Assembly (NCBI GenBank): GCA_951406725.2
Contig: OX597832.1
Span: 13,764,001-13,828,000, forward strand
DNA from: Octopus vulgaris
Taxonomy: Eukaryota
DNA: 64,000 bases
Direction: 5' to 3'
Shown here: one piece after another, positions 27,415 to 39,187 of the stretch
How positions within the stretch are numbered: the first letter of the stretch is position 1
How the letters are laid out: every line of letters begins with the position of its first letter
The notes under the pieces: model-generated
What the model was told of the DNA's origin: nothing
Database searches by the model: none
Seen by the model: the letters and a program-made list of their open reading frames with translations, nothing else
Position numbers and translations under genes: made by a program

Positions 27415-27482
27415 ATTCACGTGGGTCCCGAACCCACATTCCTTCATTAACATGACTAAGTGTGTAACCGTTACACCAGGGA
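27415..27482 (-). mobile_element. tRNA-like SINE head (family D)
   Basis: Minus strand CCTGGTGTAACGGTTACAC...TCATGTTAATGA...GTGGGTTCGGGACCCAC has A-box and B-box like motifs plus anticodon-arm and T-arm hairpins. Confidence 0.5.
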
Positions 27483-27864
27483 ATTAGACTGTGTGTTTGT
27501 CAAATTTAAGAATTGTATTAGTTCGTATTTGGTCTTGTAAATATAATTTCTCTTTGCATTCGGTGTGAATAGTTTTGTCACCGTGTATAAGGAAGATTAC
27601 TTGAAAAGATATTTTGAAAAAGATTTTCAAAAGTAAAACGCAAATTTCTGTGCAATCTTTGTGGTGTTAACATAAAAATATTACAACAGTGTGATAGAGA
27701 CTTTGACAATGATCAGAGATTGTTAAGAAAGAGTCTTCGACAATGATAAGAAAAATGTTAAAAGATGCTTTGTGTTTAAACGGTTTACATTTAAAGTGTT
27801 CAAAATAGGCTGTAAAATAAATTCATAACTGTTTGCCAGCTAATCAGACACCATAATAGTTTCT

Positions 27865-28163
27865 AAGTATTCGTTGTAAGCCTAGTAATTATTCTATGTT
27901 GCCCTTTTGTCGAACAGCCATCTTACGAGACGTCAATACCAGAAAATCGGTTGCTAAGCGATGGTGGATAGAAAACACAGACACGCATACATACACATAC
28001 GACGAGTTTCTTTCAGTCTCCCTCAACCAAATGCACTCACAAGGGTTTGGTTGGCCCGAAGTTATAGTAGAAGACACTTGCCGATGTTGCCACGTAGTAG
28101 AACTGAACACCGAACAATGTGGTTGGGAGGCAAGTTTCTTACCACACAATCGCACCTCCGCCT
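27865..28163 (-). mobile_element. SINE family A, degenerate
   Basis: Homologous to 20035-20426. Confidence 0.8.
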
Positions 28164-28499
28164 ATATATGATATATATAGATATACATATATATAGAAAT
28201 AATGTACGTGTACATGTATACATAGAAATACTGAAAATTTTTTGTGATGGGAATTTATACGTTTACTTAATGCATTGCAGCATACATTTTCGGATAACAT
28301 ATGTTTGTTTGTGGTCATATTCTCACGTCCATGTATGATTATTAGATATTATTTGTAATATCTACATATCTTAAGGAAATCCATTACCTCATGTGCATAC
28401 TTCAGCAGCCAATTTGCATTAATGGTATCTGAGGAGTTTTGCATAGGCTTATTCTAAAAGACAGAGATGATGCATGCGCACGTACACACATACATAACA

Positions 28500-28637
28500 A
28501 TATAAATATATACATATATATATATACACACATATAAATAAAGACATATATATATATGTACACACATACACACACACACATATATATATATATATATGTA
28601 CATATAGTTGACATACATATATACATATATATATGTA

Positions 28638-28688
<51 letters not shown>

Positions 28689-28778
28689 GCATATATATAT
28701 ATATGTATATATGCATATATATATATATATATACATATATACATATATACATGTATATGCATATATATATATATATGC

Positions 28779-28811
<33 letters not shown>

Positions 28812-28908
28812 ATATATGCATATATATATATGTATATATGCATATATATATATATATATGCACATATATATATATATATATGCATATATATATATAATTA
28901 TATATATA

Positions 28909-28944
<36 letters not shown>

Positions 28945-28945
28945 T

Positions 28946-28978
<33 letters not shown>

Positions 28979-28993
28979 GCATATATATATATA

Positions 28994-29058
<65 letters not shown>

Positions 29059-29098
29059 GCATATATATATATATAATATATATATATACATATATATA

Positions 29099-29140
<42 letters not shown>
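28500..29140. repeat. Long compound (TA)n / TGCA(TA)n satellite
   Basis: Directly visible. Confidence 0.95.
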
Positions 29141-29204
29141 GTGTGTTTGTATTTATGTGTTTGTTTAAACTGTCTGCTTCATTGATGTTTTCCCCAGTCA
29201 TCCC

Positions 29205-29241
29205 TGTCCGTCGAAGACTGGAGGCTTGAAACGTCAAAGAC
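29205..29241 (+). ncRNA. Degenerate minimal HHR remnant
   Basis: GTCCG TCGAAGA CTGGAGGCTT GAAA CG TC AAAGAC. The GAAACGTC half is intact and the core is mutated. Confidence 0.35.
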
Positions 29242-29361
29242 GTATCTATTCTTCCTAAGTTGACGCTCGGGACGAACGGAATGCCATAGGTTATGTATGT
29301 AAATTTACGAACTAATATGTATGATTGTTGTTCTCTTATTGGTCTCTGAACAATATATGAT

Positions 29362-29417
<56 letters not shown>

Positions 29418-29422
<5 letters not shown>

Positions 29423-30115
29423 TGATCATGCTTCGCTCTGCTTGAGATTTGAAACCAAATCCACCCACTTGTTGCTTGTTAAAATGAGCGGGAAATCCTC
29501 TCCCCACTAGATAATTCATGAGGAAACACTCGACGCCCATGGATCTGTGCTGGTCAAGGAAATGTCAGTCCTTTGTTTAAAGCTTGACCTGCATTACTGA
29601 CCTGTCAATATATCAGAGACAATCTTCTATCTTTTTCTCTCTTTCGTGTCAGTTATAACCAATCAGCAACACTCTTTTCTGTGTCAGCATACCAAGGAAC
29701 AACACGCTGTTCTGTTTAAGCCATGACGAACAGCAACACTTCCTTTCGCCCTTAGCTCGACGTACGAAGAGAAGCTCTCGGCCGCAAGAAAGACGATGCC
29801 ATTTTTAACCTTCCTTCCTTTCTGGTCAGCACCGTGAATTCTTTACTCCTTTTCTCTCTGCTGACAGCAACTTCAATACTGTCATTTAATAACCAGCGAG
29901 CCATCCTTGTTGTCACTATCACTGGTATTGCTACTGTCTCTTTAACTACCCTTCGGGCAAACGAATGAATATATGTAAATATTATTTCTTCCTTCTTGGT
30001 GTTGAGACTTCGATGTTCACTGGTTCCTCCGACAAGAGAACTTTTAAGCATTGGGGCTACATACTACATTCGTTAGTATCGAGGTGATATTGCATCTTAC
30101 ATTGAGCCCGCTACA
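29418..30115. mobile_element. Probable solo LTR of about 700 bp
   Basis: Termini TGTAGTG...CGCTACA (TG..CA with a short inverted repeat), inserted in a (TG)/(TATG) microsatellite; internal CCAATCAG. Confidence 0.6.
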
Positions 30116-30185
30116 TGTATGTATGTATGTATGTATGTGTGTATGTATGTATGTATGTATGTATATATGTATGTATGTATGTATA

Positions 30186-30343
30186 TTTGAGTAGTTGAAT
30201 GAATTATCTTATGATGGATAATTCGGTTAACCGATACCTGGGTAGTAAATTCACATCAGAAAAACACGGCTGAAGCTACATGCCTAGGGCAGAGATCACG
30301 TGCTTTCGTGTGGAAATTTGTGTGTTTTTTTAAATACAAATAA

Positions 30344-30345
<2 letters not shown>
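30186..30345. repeat. Repeat of about 150 bp, duplicated at 33542-33680
   Basis: TTTGAGTAGT.GAATGAATTATCTT...GGTTAACCGATACCTGGGTAG...CGTGCTTTCGTGTGGAAATTTGT is present in both copies. Confidence 0.85.
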
Positions 30346-30399
<54 letters not shown>

Positions 30400-30504
30400 T
30401 AACAGAAAAAACGAAGAAGACATAAAAAAAAGACATTAAAACAATTCGGGGATGTGGTATATATCAAGTATTAGCAGACGCTAAGGGAGGGAAAAAAAAA
30501 GGTG

Positions 30505-30539
30505 GTTTTACGTTTCAAGCAAAGCTCTTCTTCAGAGAC
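30505..30539 (-). ncRNA. Minimal hammerhead ribozyme within a short repeat (about 30397-30660)
   Basis: Minus strand reads GTCT CTGAAGA AGAGC TTT GCTT GAAA CG TA AAAC; ACGT palindrome; GUA site; one stem I mismatch. Confidence 0.65.
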
Positions 30540-31418
30540 AGGTGTGTACAATATGAGAGGAAGACAGGGGGGAACAATCGCCAACAATTCACTTGAGGTT
30601 ATGTTTCGAAATGTCTGGAAGGGAATAAGTGAAGAAAAATAATCTAAGGCAGGACAATGTAGGGAAGGATCTATGTGTGAGTATGTGCGTGCGTGCTAGT
30701 CTGTGAATACGTGTAATGCCGTGTGTGTGTATGTGTTGTGTGTTTGGTGTTAGTGTGGTTTTGGCTGGGTGTATGTGTGAATGAACTGTGTATCTCTGAA
30801 TGTTGTAGGAACAATTCAGCAGTGGGTGACAGGAGTGGTGGTCCTTCGTGTAGTTGTGTGTCTTTTCACATGTGCGTAGAAGAATGGTCAGTAGAAAGGC
30901 GTTTGACTGGCAGTTTGAAGTATGCGTGTGCGTGTGTATGTACTTGTTTGCGTGTATGTAAATGCTGTGTGTATATGTTTTGCCTGTAGTATGTGCATGC
31001 TTCTGTGTGTATGAGTGAGTGTACGCGTGCGTGTGTACTTGTGTGAGTGCGCGTGTGTGTATGTGCGTGTAATATGAGTGTCCGCGTGGAGCTGTGTTTG
31101 GGGTTTTGTGGTTGGAGTTATATGTGCGTTCCTGTGTCTGTGTGCGTCCGTGGGCGTGCCTGTGTGTGCACCCGTATGTGCGTGTGTGTATGTGAAAGCC
31201 CACGTATGTGTAATTGTGTGCGTGTATGTATGAGTGTGTGTTGTGTGAATGGGAGGTATGTGTGCGTTTATGTGTGTGTGCGTGCATGTATGTTTGTATG
31301 CGTGCTGTGTGTGTGTGTAGAATGTGTGGGAGGTGTATATGCGTTCATGTGTGTGCGCGTGCGTGTATTTGTGCGCATTAGTGTATATGTACGGGTGTGT
31401 ATGTATGTGTGCGTGTAT

Positions 31419-31525
31419 GAAAGACAAAGTCGACCTCGGCGGAATTTGAACTCACTACGTAACGGCAGACGAAATACGGCTACACATTTCGCCCGGCGTG
31501 CTAACGTTTCTGCCAGCTCGCCGCC
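31419..31525 (-). mobile_element. SINE family B 5' part flanked by an 80-bp direct repeat
   Basis: High similarity to 39080-39187. Flanks 31339-31418 and 31526-31605 are identical except for 1 nt. Confidence 0.85.
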
Positions 31526-32362
31526 ATGCGTTCATGTGTGTGCGCGTGCGTGTATTTGTGCGCATTAGTGTATACGTACGGGTGTGTATGTATGTGTGCG
31601 TGTATACAGAATTAAAATAAAATATAAGAAAATAAGATCGATAAAAGAAGGGAATAGGGGAAGGGTACATGATTTAAAAATAAAAAAAACATGAAGAAAC
31701 ATTTGAAAAAACATCAGATGGAAGATAAATAAAAAAAAATAAAGAGTGCTTATGTATATCTTCTCCGTTCTATTGTTCTTACAGTACGGTTGTTCTATTT
31801 CCGCAGAAATTTGTCCTTCGCCAATATAGTAATCACTACGTAATACAGAAGTGACGTGTACTGACGTAAACCTGTTTGACTGAAAACAATTGGATGTGGT
31901 GCACTAACTTGACTGCAAGCACATAGCAGAAACGATTTTAGGAAAAACGGAAGAAAAAATAAAAATAGTTCTTAAATTTATGTTACATATATCATAGGTT
32001 TTTTGTAATTAGAACACCTGAAAAAAATGACATGTTTATCTATCTTAACATCTGAGACACCTAAATATAGGCATTGTCTAAAAACACTATATCCAGCTGT
32101 TACACTGGCTGGCGTCCTTTGTGTATCGAAATACGAAAGTAGAAACATAACATTATATTAAAGAATAATAACAGAGAAAATATATCCCCATGGGAACTAG
32201 AAAACGAAGTTATTATTCAAATACACGATGAAATAAAAAAGAAGTAAAATTTTTGGTGAAAATATCACTTAAACTATAAAAAGAAAATATATCACTTTTA
32301 TTAAGACTTCTTAATTGTTAAAAGTAGAACATATTATTTTCAATAATCAAAATTACACGCGC

Positions 32363-32424
<62 letters not shown>

Positions 32425-32527
32425 GCATACATGTGTACAAGACGTCAAAAGCCGTAGACAACATGAAGAACGAAAACAAATCAGTTGAATACGCAAACAG
32501 CGAGAGAAGACAATCACATAAAGAACG

Positions 32528-32572
32528 GCTCTTCATCAAGTTACGGCTAGTTATCTACTTCTCGTTTCGAGC
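32528..32572 (-). ncRNA. Possible type II (permuted) hammerhead motif
   Basis: Minus strand reads GCTC GAAA C-GAGAA-G TA GATA..TAAC TTGATGA A GAGC. Confidence 0.4.
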
Positions 32573-32668
32573 ATTGAACGACAATATGAGTCTCCGAAGA
32601 CAGTTGGTTCCACGAAAGCCAAAATAAAATTTGGGATCCATGGATGGTTAATGTCGGTAACATAAACA

Positions 32669-33068
32669 GGCGCAGGAGTGGCTGTGTAGTAAGTAGCTTG
32701 CTAACAAACCACATGGTTCCGGGTTCAGTCCCACTGCGTGGCATCTTGGGCAAGTGTCTTCTGCTATAGCCCCGGGCCGACCAATGGATTTGGTAGACGG
32801 AAACTGAAAGAAGCCCGTCGTATATATGTATATATATATGTGTGTGTGTGTGTGTGTCTGTGTTTGTCCCCCTAGCATTGCTTGACAACCGATGCTGGTG
32901 TGTTTACGTCCCCGTCACTTAGCGGTTCGGCAAAAGAGACCGATAGAATAAGTACTGGGCTTACAAAGAATAAGTCCTGGAGTCGATTTGCTCGACAAAA
33001 GGCGATGCTCCAGCATTGCCGCAGTCAAATGACTGAAACAAGTAAAAGAGAATAAAAGAATAAAAGAG
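32669..33068 (+). mobile_element. SINE family A, full length
   Basis: tRNA-like head (TGGCTGTGTAGT A box, GGTTCAGTCCC B box), CORE-like CTTGGGCAAGTG, internal microsatellite, and tail GCAGTCAAATGACTGAAAC plus (TAAAAGA)n. Confidence 0.92.
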
Positions 33069-33502
33069 GGCAGTGGAGACATACAAGGAAACCGAACGTA
33101 AGCAAACATGGTGTGTCGTTGAAACAGACGCAGGTAAAATAGCGAACGCTGGAGACATATTCCCTTTGTGGAGAGAAGAGATAAAAAAAAAAGGGAGAGA
33201 AAGAGAGAGAATAAGAGGAAGTGCAGTCTTTAAGACTACCCTAAGGGAAAAGAAATATGATCACGTAGAAAAAATAAAGATGACGTGTGAACAACAAGAG
33301 AAAGGGAGATTGAGAGAGGAATAAAGAAAAGGGGAGAGACAGAGGCACAGATAGAAAACGGTGAAGGGGAGAAAATGGAATTAGAGAAAAGATGAGAGAA
33401 AAACGATAGGGAAGAGAACGGTATAGAGTCGCATGACAAATATTAGGATAAACTTATTTCGATATGGATGCATGGCGCTCACTCAAATAATCTCAAATAA
33501 TA

Positions 33503-33545
<43 letters not shown>

Positions 33546-33677
33546 AGTAGTAGAATGAATTATCTTGTTATGGATAATTCGGTTAACCGATACCTGGGTA
33601 GCAAATTCACATCAGAGAAGACACGTTTGAAGTTACGTGCTTTCGTGTGGAAATTTGTATGTTTTTTTATAAATATA

Positions 33678-33966
33678 AATATATGAAAGAATGGAGTTGA
33701 ACGACGAATTAACAAAATTCCTTTATTTTCGACATATGTTTCGAAGGCTGCATATTATGCCGCTTTCTCATCAGGAAAGTATATTATGCCGCTTTCTCAT
33801 CAGGAAAAGCAAGGAACTTATGTCAACATCAATATGCACAAAAAAACTTTTAGTTGGCTGCTCACACGGAGCCCATAGCGATAAATGCACCAGCGATAAA
33901 TTCCTTCGCAATTAGGAATATGCAGCCTTTGTTAATTCGTCGTACAACTCCATTCTTTCATATATT
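33678..33966. mobile_element. Inverted-repeat element carrying an HHR
   Basis: Termini AAAGAATGGAGTTGAACGACGAATTAACAAA and TTTGTTAATTCGTCGTACAACTCCATTCTTT; internal 27-bp tandem duplication (33752-33778 and 33781-33807); (TA)n on the right. Confidence 0.8.
33727..33778 (-). ncRNA. Type I hammerhead ribozyme with canonical core
   Basis: Minus strand reads TTTC CTGATGA GAAAGCGGCAT-AAT-ATGCAGCCTTC GAAA CATATG TC GAAA; GUC site; palindromic ATAT loop. Confidence 0.88.
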
Positions 33967-33979
33967 TATATTATATTTA

Positions 33980-34022
<43 letters not shown>

Positions 34023-34030
34023 TATAATAG

Positions 34031-34089
<59 letters not shown>

Positions 34090-34261
34090 AGGTATTTGTT
34101 AACTTCATGTTTTCTTCGGGCTCTGCTCACATGGCATAAAGAAGTTAAAACAGATGACGCAGATATATTCTTTTATTCTATTTTTTCAGAAGTACTATTT
34201 TGAAGTGTGTTAGTGGAAGATATCGACCTCAGAGAATTTTCTTTCTAAGTGTAGTATTTAT

Positions 34262-34347
34262 TCTATAAGTCCTCCTTTGCCAAACTGCTAGTCACGCAGA
34301 CATAAACACACAAACATCGCTTGTCAAGCGATGTCGGAGTTACAAAT

Positions 34348-34384
<37 letters not shown>

Positions 34385-34535
34385 TAAATACGCACATACA
34401 CATATACGGTGGGCCTGTTTCAGTTTCCTTCTGCCAAATCAACTCACAAGTCTTTGGTCGTCCTGAGGCTATCTTAGGAGACACTTGCCCAAGTTGTTAC
34501 GCAGTTGGACTGAATCCGAAACGATGTGGTTGGAA
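34262..34535 (-). mobile_element. SINE family A, degenerate
   Basis: Homologous to family A. Confidence 0.75.
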
Positions 34536-35136
34536 ACGAAGCATCATATATATATATATACACACACACATATATATATATATAGATATGTATGTATATA
34601 TATTTATATATATCCATCCATCCAACAAATATATATTCTTACATGTGTGTGTTTGTATACATAAAGACTTCTACTAACCAAACAGGAGACAAATCAAAGA
34701 TAGATATAATGAACGCTGAAATAATTTCCAATAAACGGGGAAAATAGCTTGTAGTGTATATTATAAAAGTTTTTTAATTTAATAGTTTTTTTTTTATATA
34801 AATATTGTGTTTATTTGTATTATTTTAATTCTGTGCAACAGAAATTTTATAAAATAACTTCCTAATATAGATAACACAAATAGTAATTTTTTTGATGCGG
34901 TATGGGATTAAATATCGATGTTCTTCGTCAGCCATCATATTTATGCCCTTAGCACTGGCAGAAGACGAAAGGAGATTAATAGAGACTTGATGAGAAACAC
35001 AGATAAATACAGAAATGTTCTTGCATACACATTTACATGTCTACGTATATACATTTATCTATATGTATAAAATTATACATGTAAATTGAAATATAGATAA
35101 ATATATATATATATGTGAGTCCGTTCTTTATATATT

Positions 35137-36403
35137 CAGGGGTTGGACAAAATAATGGAAACAGTGGCATCAGAGCATCATAATGTCGATATATCTATGA
35201 AACTGTCAACCGTGTGTTTATTTTTATGATTTTTGATTTATTATTAGTGTTGCTTAATATGTTTTGCTAAAATTGCTGCTTCTTTTCGGATATCATCAGA
35301 AAAAGGTAATTAAAATTCATTAAAATGAAAGATCTATTGGATTTTCAAAGGCGTCAAATTGCTGGTGCTCGTATGGCAGGCGCTAGAGTAACGAAAATAA
35401 CCGAAATGTTTGTTGTATCAAGAACTACTGTCTCGAAAGTAAAGACATCCTTTAAGTAAGAAACAAACTCTCCTCATTGAAACAAAACTCCGTGAGAAAA
35501 CCAAAACGTTCAGATAGGGACTGTCGTACACTTACGCGAATTGTTAGAAATAATCTATAAAGTACTCAAAATTACTGCAGAGCTTAACGACGGCCTCGAG
35601 AACCCAGTTTCCACAAAAACTGCTCGCCAGGAGCTGTACAAAGCTGGATTTCACAGGAGAGCTACAAATCAGAAAACTACAACTTGAAAAACAAACGTTG
35701 AAAAGCGTTTAGAATGGAGTAAATATTCCTACAGTAATTTGTTGGCTCCTAGAGCAGTGGAATAATGTCATTTTCTCGAACGAGTCATCCTTTCACATAT
35801 TTCCGACCACCGATCGAGTATGCGTGTGGAGACAGCCACAAGAAGCACATGACCCAGACTGCCTTCTTCCAACTGTTAAACAAGGAGGAGGATCAGTGAT
35901 GATCTGGAAGTGGGTGGGGGGACTATATCTTGGAAATCCGCCGGCCCAATGGTTTCCTTTGATGGCAGAATTAATAGTCAAGACGATTTAAGCACTTTAT
36001 TTGATCAAATTTTTCCTGTGGTTGCGGAACTGTTTCCGGAGGGAAACGCAAGTTTTCAGGATGATAATGCACCAATTCACATGCTTAAAGTTGCTACTGA
36101 ATTGAACGAAGAACATTCTAGTGAAGATCATATCAGGCCACCATATTACCCAGATCTCAATATTATTGAACATTTCTGGTGCATTTTAGAAAACAAGTGA
36201 GGAGTCTCTATCTCCCACCATCATCACTGCAAGAAATGGAGACTGTTTTAGCTGAAGAATGGACAAATGTTCCTTTGGAAACAATTAAAACTTTGCCCAA
36301 GTCTATACCTCGTAATAACTGTAATTACTGCCTAATGCAGTCCTAAGCCATATTAAAATAAATTTGAAATTTTAAGGTGTTTGCATTATTTTTTCCAGCC
36401 CTA
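35137..36403 (+). mobile_element. Full-length decayed Tc1 DNA transposon
   Basis: TIRs CAGGGGTTGGACAAAATAATGGAAACA and TGTTTGCATTATTTTTTCCAGCCCT flank a transposase remnant. Confidence 0.92.
35325..36357 (+). pseudogene. Tc1 DD34E transposase pseudogene
   Basis: MKDLLDFQRRQIAGARMAGA...; W.NVIFSNESSF; PTVKQGGGSVMIW; FQDDNAPIH; PPYYPDLNIIEHFW; multiple stops and frameshifts. Confidence 0.9.
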
Positions 36404-36801
36404 TATGTGAGTGTATGCGCTTGTAAGCGTGGAAATAGATAGAAAGTACATAAATGTATGTATACAACGCTGTATGTATTCAAAGTTGTATGTCTACATA
36501 ACACGTTAGTTGATGTGTAAATGTATGAAAATAATTTTGGTCAGGAAGAAAAATACTTAATATGTCATTATAATGATTATCTCGTATCCGATTATCTCGT
36601 TAGGACGAAATTGAATATTTTCTACATAAATTTAAAACAATGAAATGCATGAATTAAAACGCAGATTCAATTAATCTTACCTAAAACAAAGTATTATACA
36701 TATAAATAGATAGACATTCAGAAACACACAAAAAAAAACATGCGCACACACAAACACACACACACATGTGTGTGTACGATTTAAGCTTAATTATTGGTAA
36801 A

Positions 36802-36849
<48 letters not shown>

Positions 36850-36850
36850 T

Positions 36851-37242
36851 TGTGTGGTAAGTAGCTTGTTTACCAGCCACGTGGTTCCGGGTTCAGTCCC
36901 ACTGCGTGGCACATTGGGCAAGTGTCTTCTACTATAGCCTCGGGCCGACCAAAGCCTTGTGAGTGGATTTGGTTGACGGAAACTGAAAGAAGCCCGTCGT
37001 ATATAAGAATATATATGTGTGTGTGTGTGTGTATGATTGTGTGTCTGTGTTTGTCCCCCTAACATTGCTTGACAACCGATGCTGGTGTATTTATGTCCCC
37101 GTTACTTAGCGGTCCGGCAAAAGAGACCGATAGAATAAGTACTGGGCGTACAAAAGAATAAGTCCCGGGGTCGAGTTGCTCAATTAAAGGCGGTGATCCA
37201 GCATAGCATGGCCGCAGTTAAATGACTCAAACATGTAAAATA
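36851..37242 (+). mobile_element. SINE family A, near full length
   Basis: High identity to 32669-33068. Confidence 0.92.
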
Positions 37243-37305
<63 letters not shown>

Positions 37306-37330
37306 CCCATACATACATGTATACATATGT

Positions 37331-37483
37331 AGGCGTAGGAGAGGCTGTGTGATAAGAAGATTGCTTCCTAACCTCATTGTTCCGAGTTCGGGCTTACAAA
37401 GAACAAGTCCTGGAGTCGATTTGTTTGACTAAACGTGGTACTCCAACATGACCGCAGTGAAATGTCTGAAACGAGTAAAAGAA
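37331..37483 (+). mobile_element. SINE family A, internally deleted (head joined to tail)
   Basis: Head AGGCGTAGGAGAGGCTGTG...GAGTTC is fused to GGGCTTACAAAGAA...CTGAAAC. Confidence 0.75.
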
Positions 37484-37864
37484 TATATGTACATGCATAC
37501 ATGCTTAGTTACGTACATATGCACAGGCATTCATAGGTAAATGCAAACTTAATATAAATGAAATCAAAAATTGAAGCACGGAAACGGTAGAGTCTGTCAA
37601 ATCTTATGATGAATGGGAAAGCAGATTTGTAACGTCGCAGTGACGGACACGAAGGGAATAGATTATAACATACGCAAATCGTTAAATATTGAAATTAAAA
37701 AGATATTTAACAAAACATAAAATATGAGGGCAAAGATGGGACTAAGAAAGAATAACAAATCTATCTATCTATCATATATCTATCATCTATCTATCTATCT
37801 AGCAATATGCATACTTACATATGCATGTACAAATACATAACTTTATAAATCCTACGAATGCCCT

Positions 37865-38395
37865 ACAATGCGTCGTGAGATGTCTCTGCTTCTCAGTGGT
37901 TATCCACTATCTAAAAGCCGGACCTGCTCCGCCCAGTTCGCCCAAGATGGGTTGGTCGTGTCCCAGCTTATATGCAAATAATAGCAGACTACTGGTCTTC
38001 CCTGCTTCACCATTGTCACTTAGTGACCTTTTTTGCAAATTCAGAAATGACGCCTATAGCCGTCGTTTTCGACAGTAGATTCAAGCATGTTCAAAGCTTT
38101 CAAGATTGATCTTCTTGAAAAAAACCACAGTCCAATTCTCTTCCTTCAGGATGTGATTGCTAGCCCCGGCCTCTACACTGCTCTGCCATCTCTCGGTAAA
38201 TTTCCCTCTAGTTTTGCTTCCTTCATGTGTTCCTCTCAGTACACAGTAATTTCCCACATGACCATTTGTTACGTGGTGTTTTACAAAATAAGCATGTCTG
38301 TGTGACGTATTGCTTGTAGGATATCATCTGAGCATATTAAAAGATCTTTGTGGTCCACTTTCCCCCAGTCTGTAGCAGTAGAATATACGCCTGAT
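37865..38395 (-). mobile_element. HERO-like RLE non-LTR retrotransposon 3' end, degenerate
   Basis: Broken translation STATDW...R.(P)DMLIL..TT.QMVMWEITV..EEHMKEA...MAEQCRGRG...CGF..RSILKALNML follows the RLE C-terminal pattern RPD...ELTVPWE...EVGCRGF. Confidence 0.65.
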
Positions 38396-38954
38396 AATCA
38401 TTGAAGTTTCAATTGAATATATTTCTCTCCCCTCGAAATATATCTATATTTAAATATGTATTCAAATACTATTACGCATTCGTAGGTAATTATTTCAGCC
38501 CTCCACCCCAAAGAAAATGTGAACAATGTGGTGCTAGTCTTGAAGTAGCTGTGATGGAAAATGCATACTTTACAAAAACAGTACATAAATCGTTACCAGA
38601 AACAATTCCTAAGACTAGTCAAGAAAAGCGTTTAATAAGGATACTTTAATGTTTTTTTATAAATCCCTGGTGTTGTAATTCTATTGTTCGTTCAAATTAG
38701 ACTATTTTCTTTTTACATTGACGTTTGTAGGAATTCCTCAATTTATTACCTAAGTAATTCTCGGAACACACATATCATAGTGTTTCCTTCCGAAGTTTAT
38801 TGAACGTTAATAACTCATGCAATAAAATGTTTCCCTTTCTGTTAACTATGCGAGAAGGGTCGTTAGTGGGAATAATAACAATGTGCAAGGTTATTCTCTT
38901 ATTACATAACTCTCAATCATTAATCTGTGACTGTAATACCTTGAATAATAGTAT

Positions 38955-39187
38955 ATATTTCTTTACTACCCACACGGGGCTAAATATAGAGGGGACAAAC
39001 AAGGACAGACAAACGGATTAAGTCGATTACATCGATCGCAGTGCGTAACTGGTACTTAATTTATCGACCTCGAAAGGATGAAACGCAATGTCGACCTCGG
39101 CGGAATTTGAACTCCCAACGTAACGGCAGGCGAAATACCGCTAAGCATTTCGCCCGGCGTGCTAGCGTTTCTGCCAGCTCACCGCCT
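38955..39187 (-). mobile_element. SINE family B, full length
   Basis: Minus strand GGCGGTGAGCTGGCAGAAACGCTAGC...GAGTTCAAATTCC...TTTCATCCTTTCGAGGTCGATAAATTAAGTACC...GGGTAGTAAAGAAAT. Confidence 0.9.

Noticed and set aside
28402-29168. Overlapping YI/IY-rich ORFs up to 229 aa
   Set aside because: Artefacts of the (TA)n satellite.
30589-31568. His/Thr-rich and Cys/Val-rich ORFs resembling metallothionein or zinc fingers
   Set aside because: Degenerate (GT)n tract that is open in several frames on both strands.
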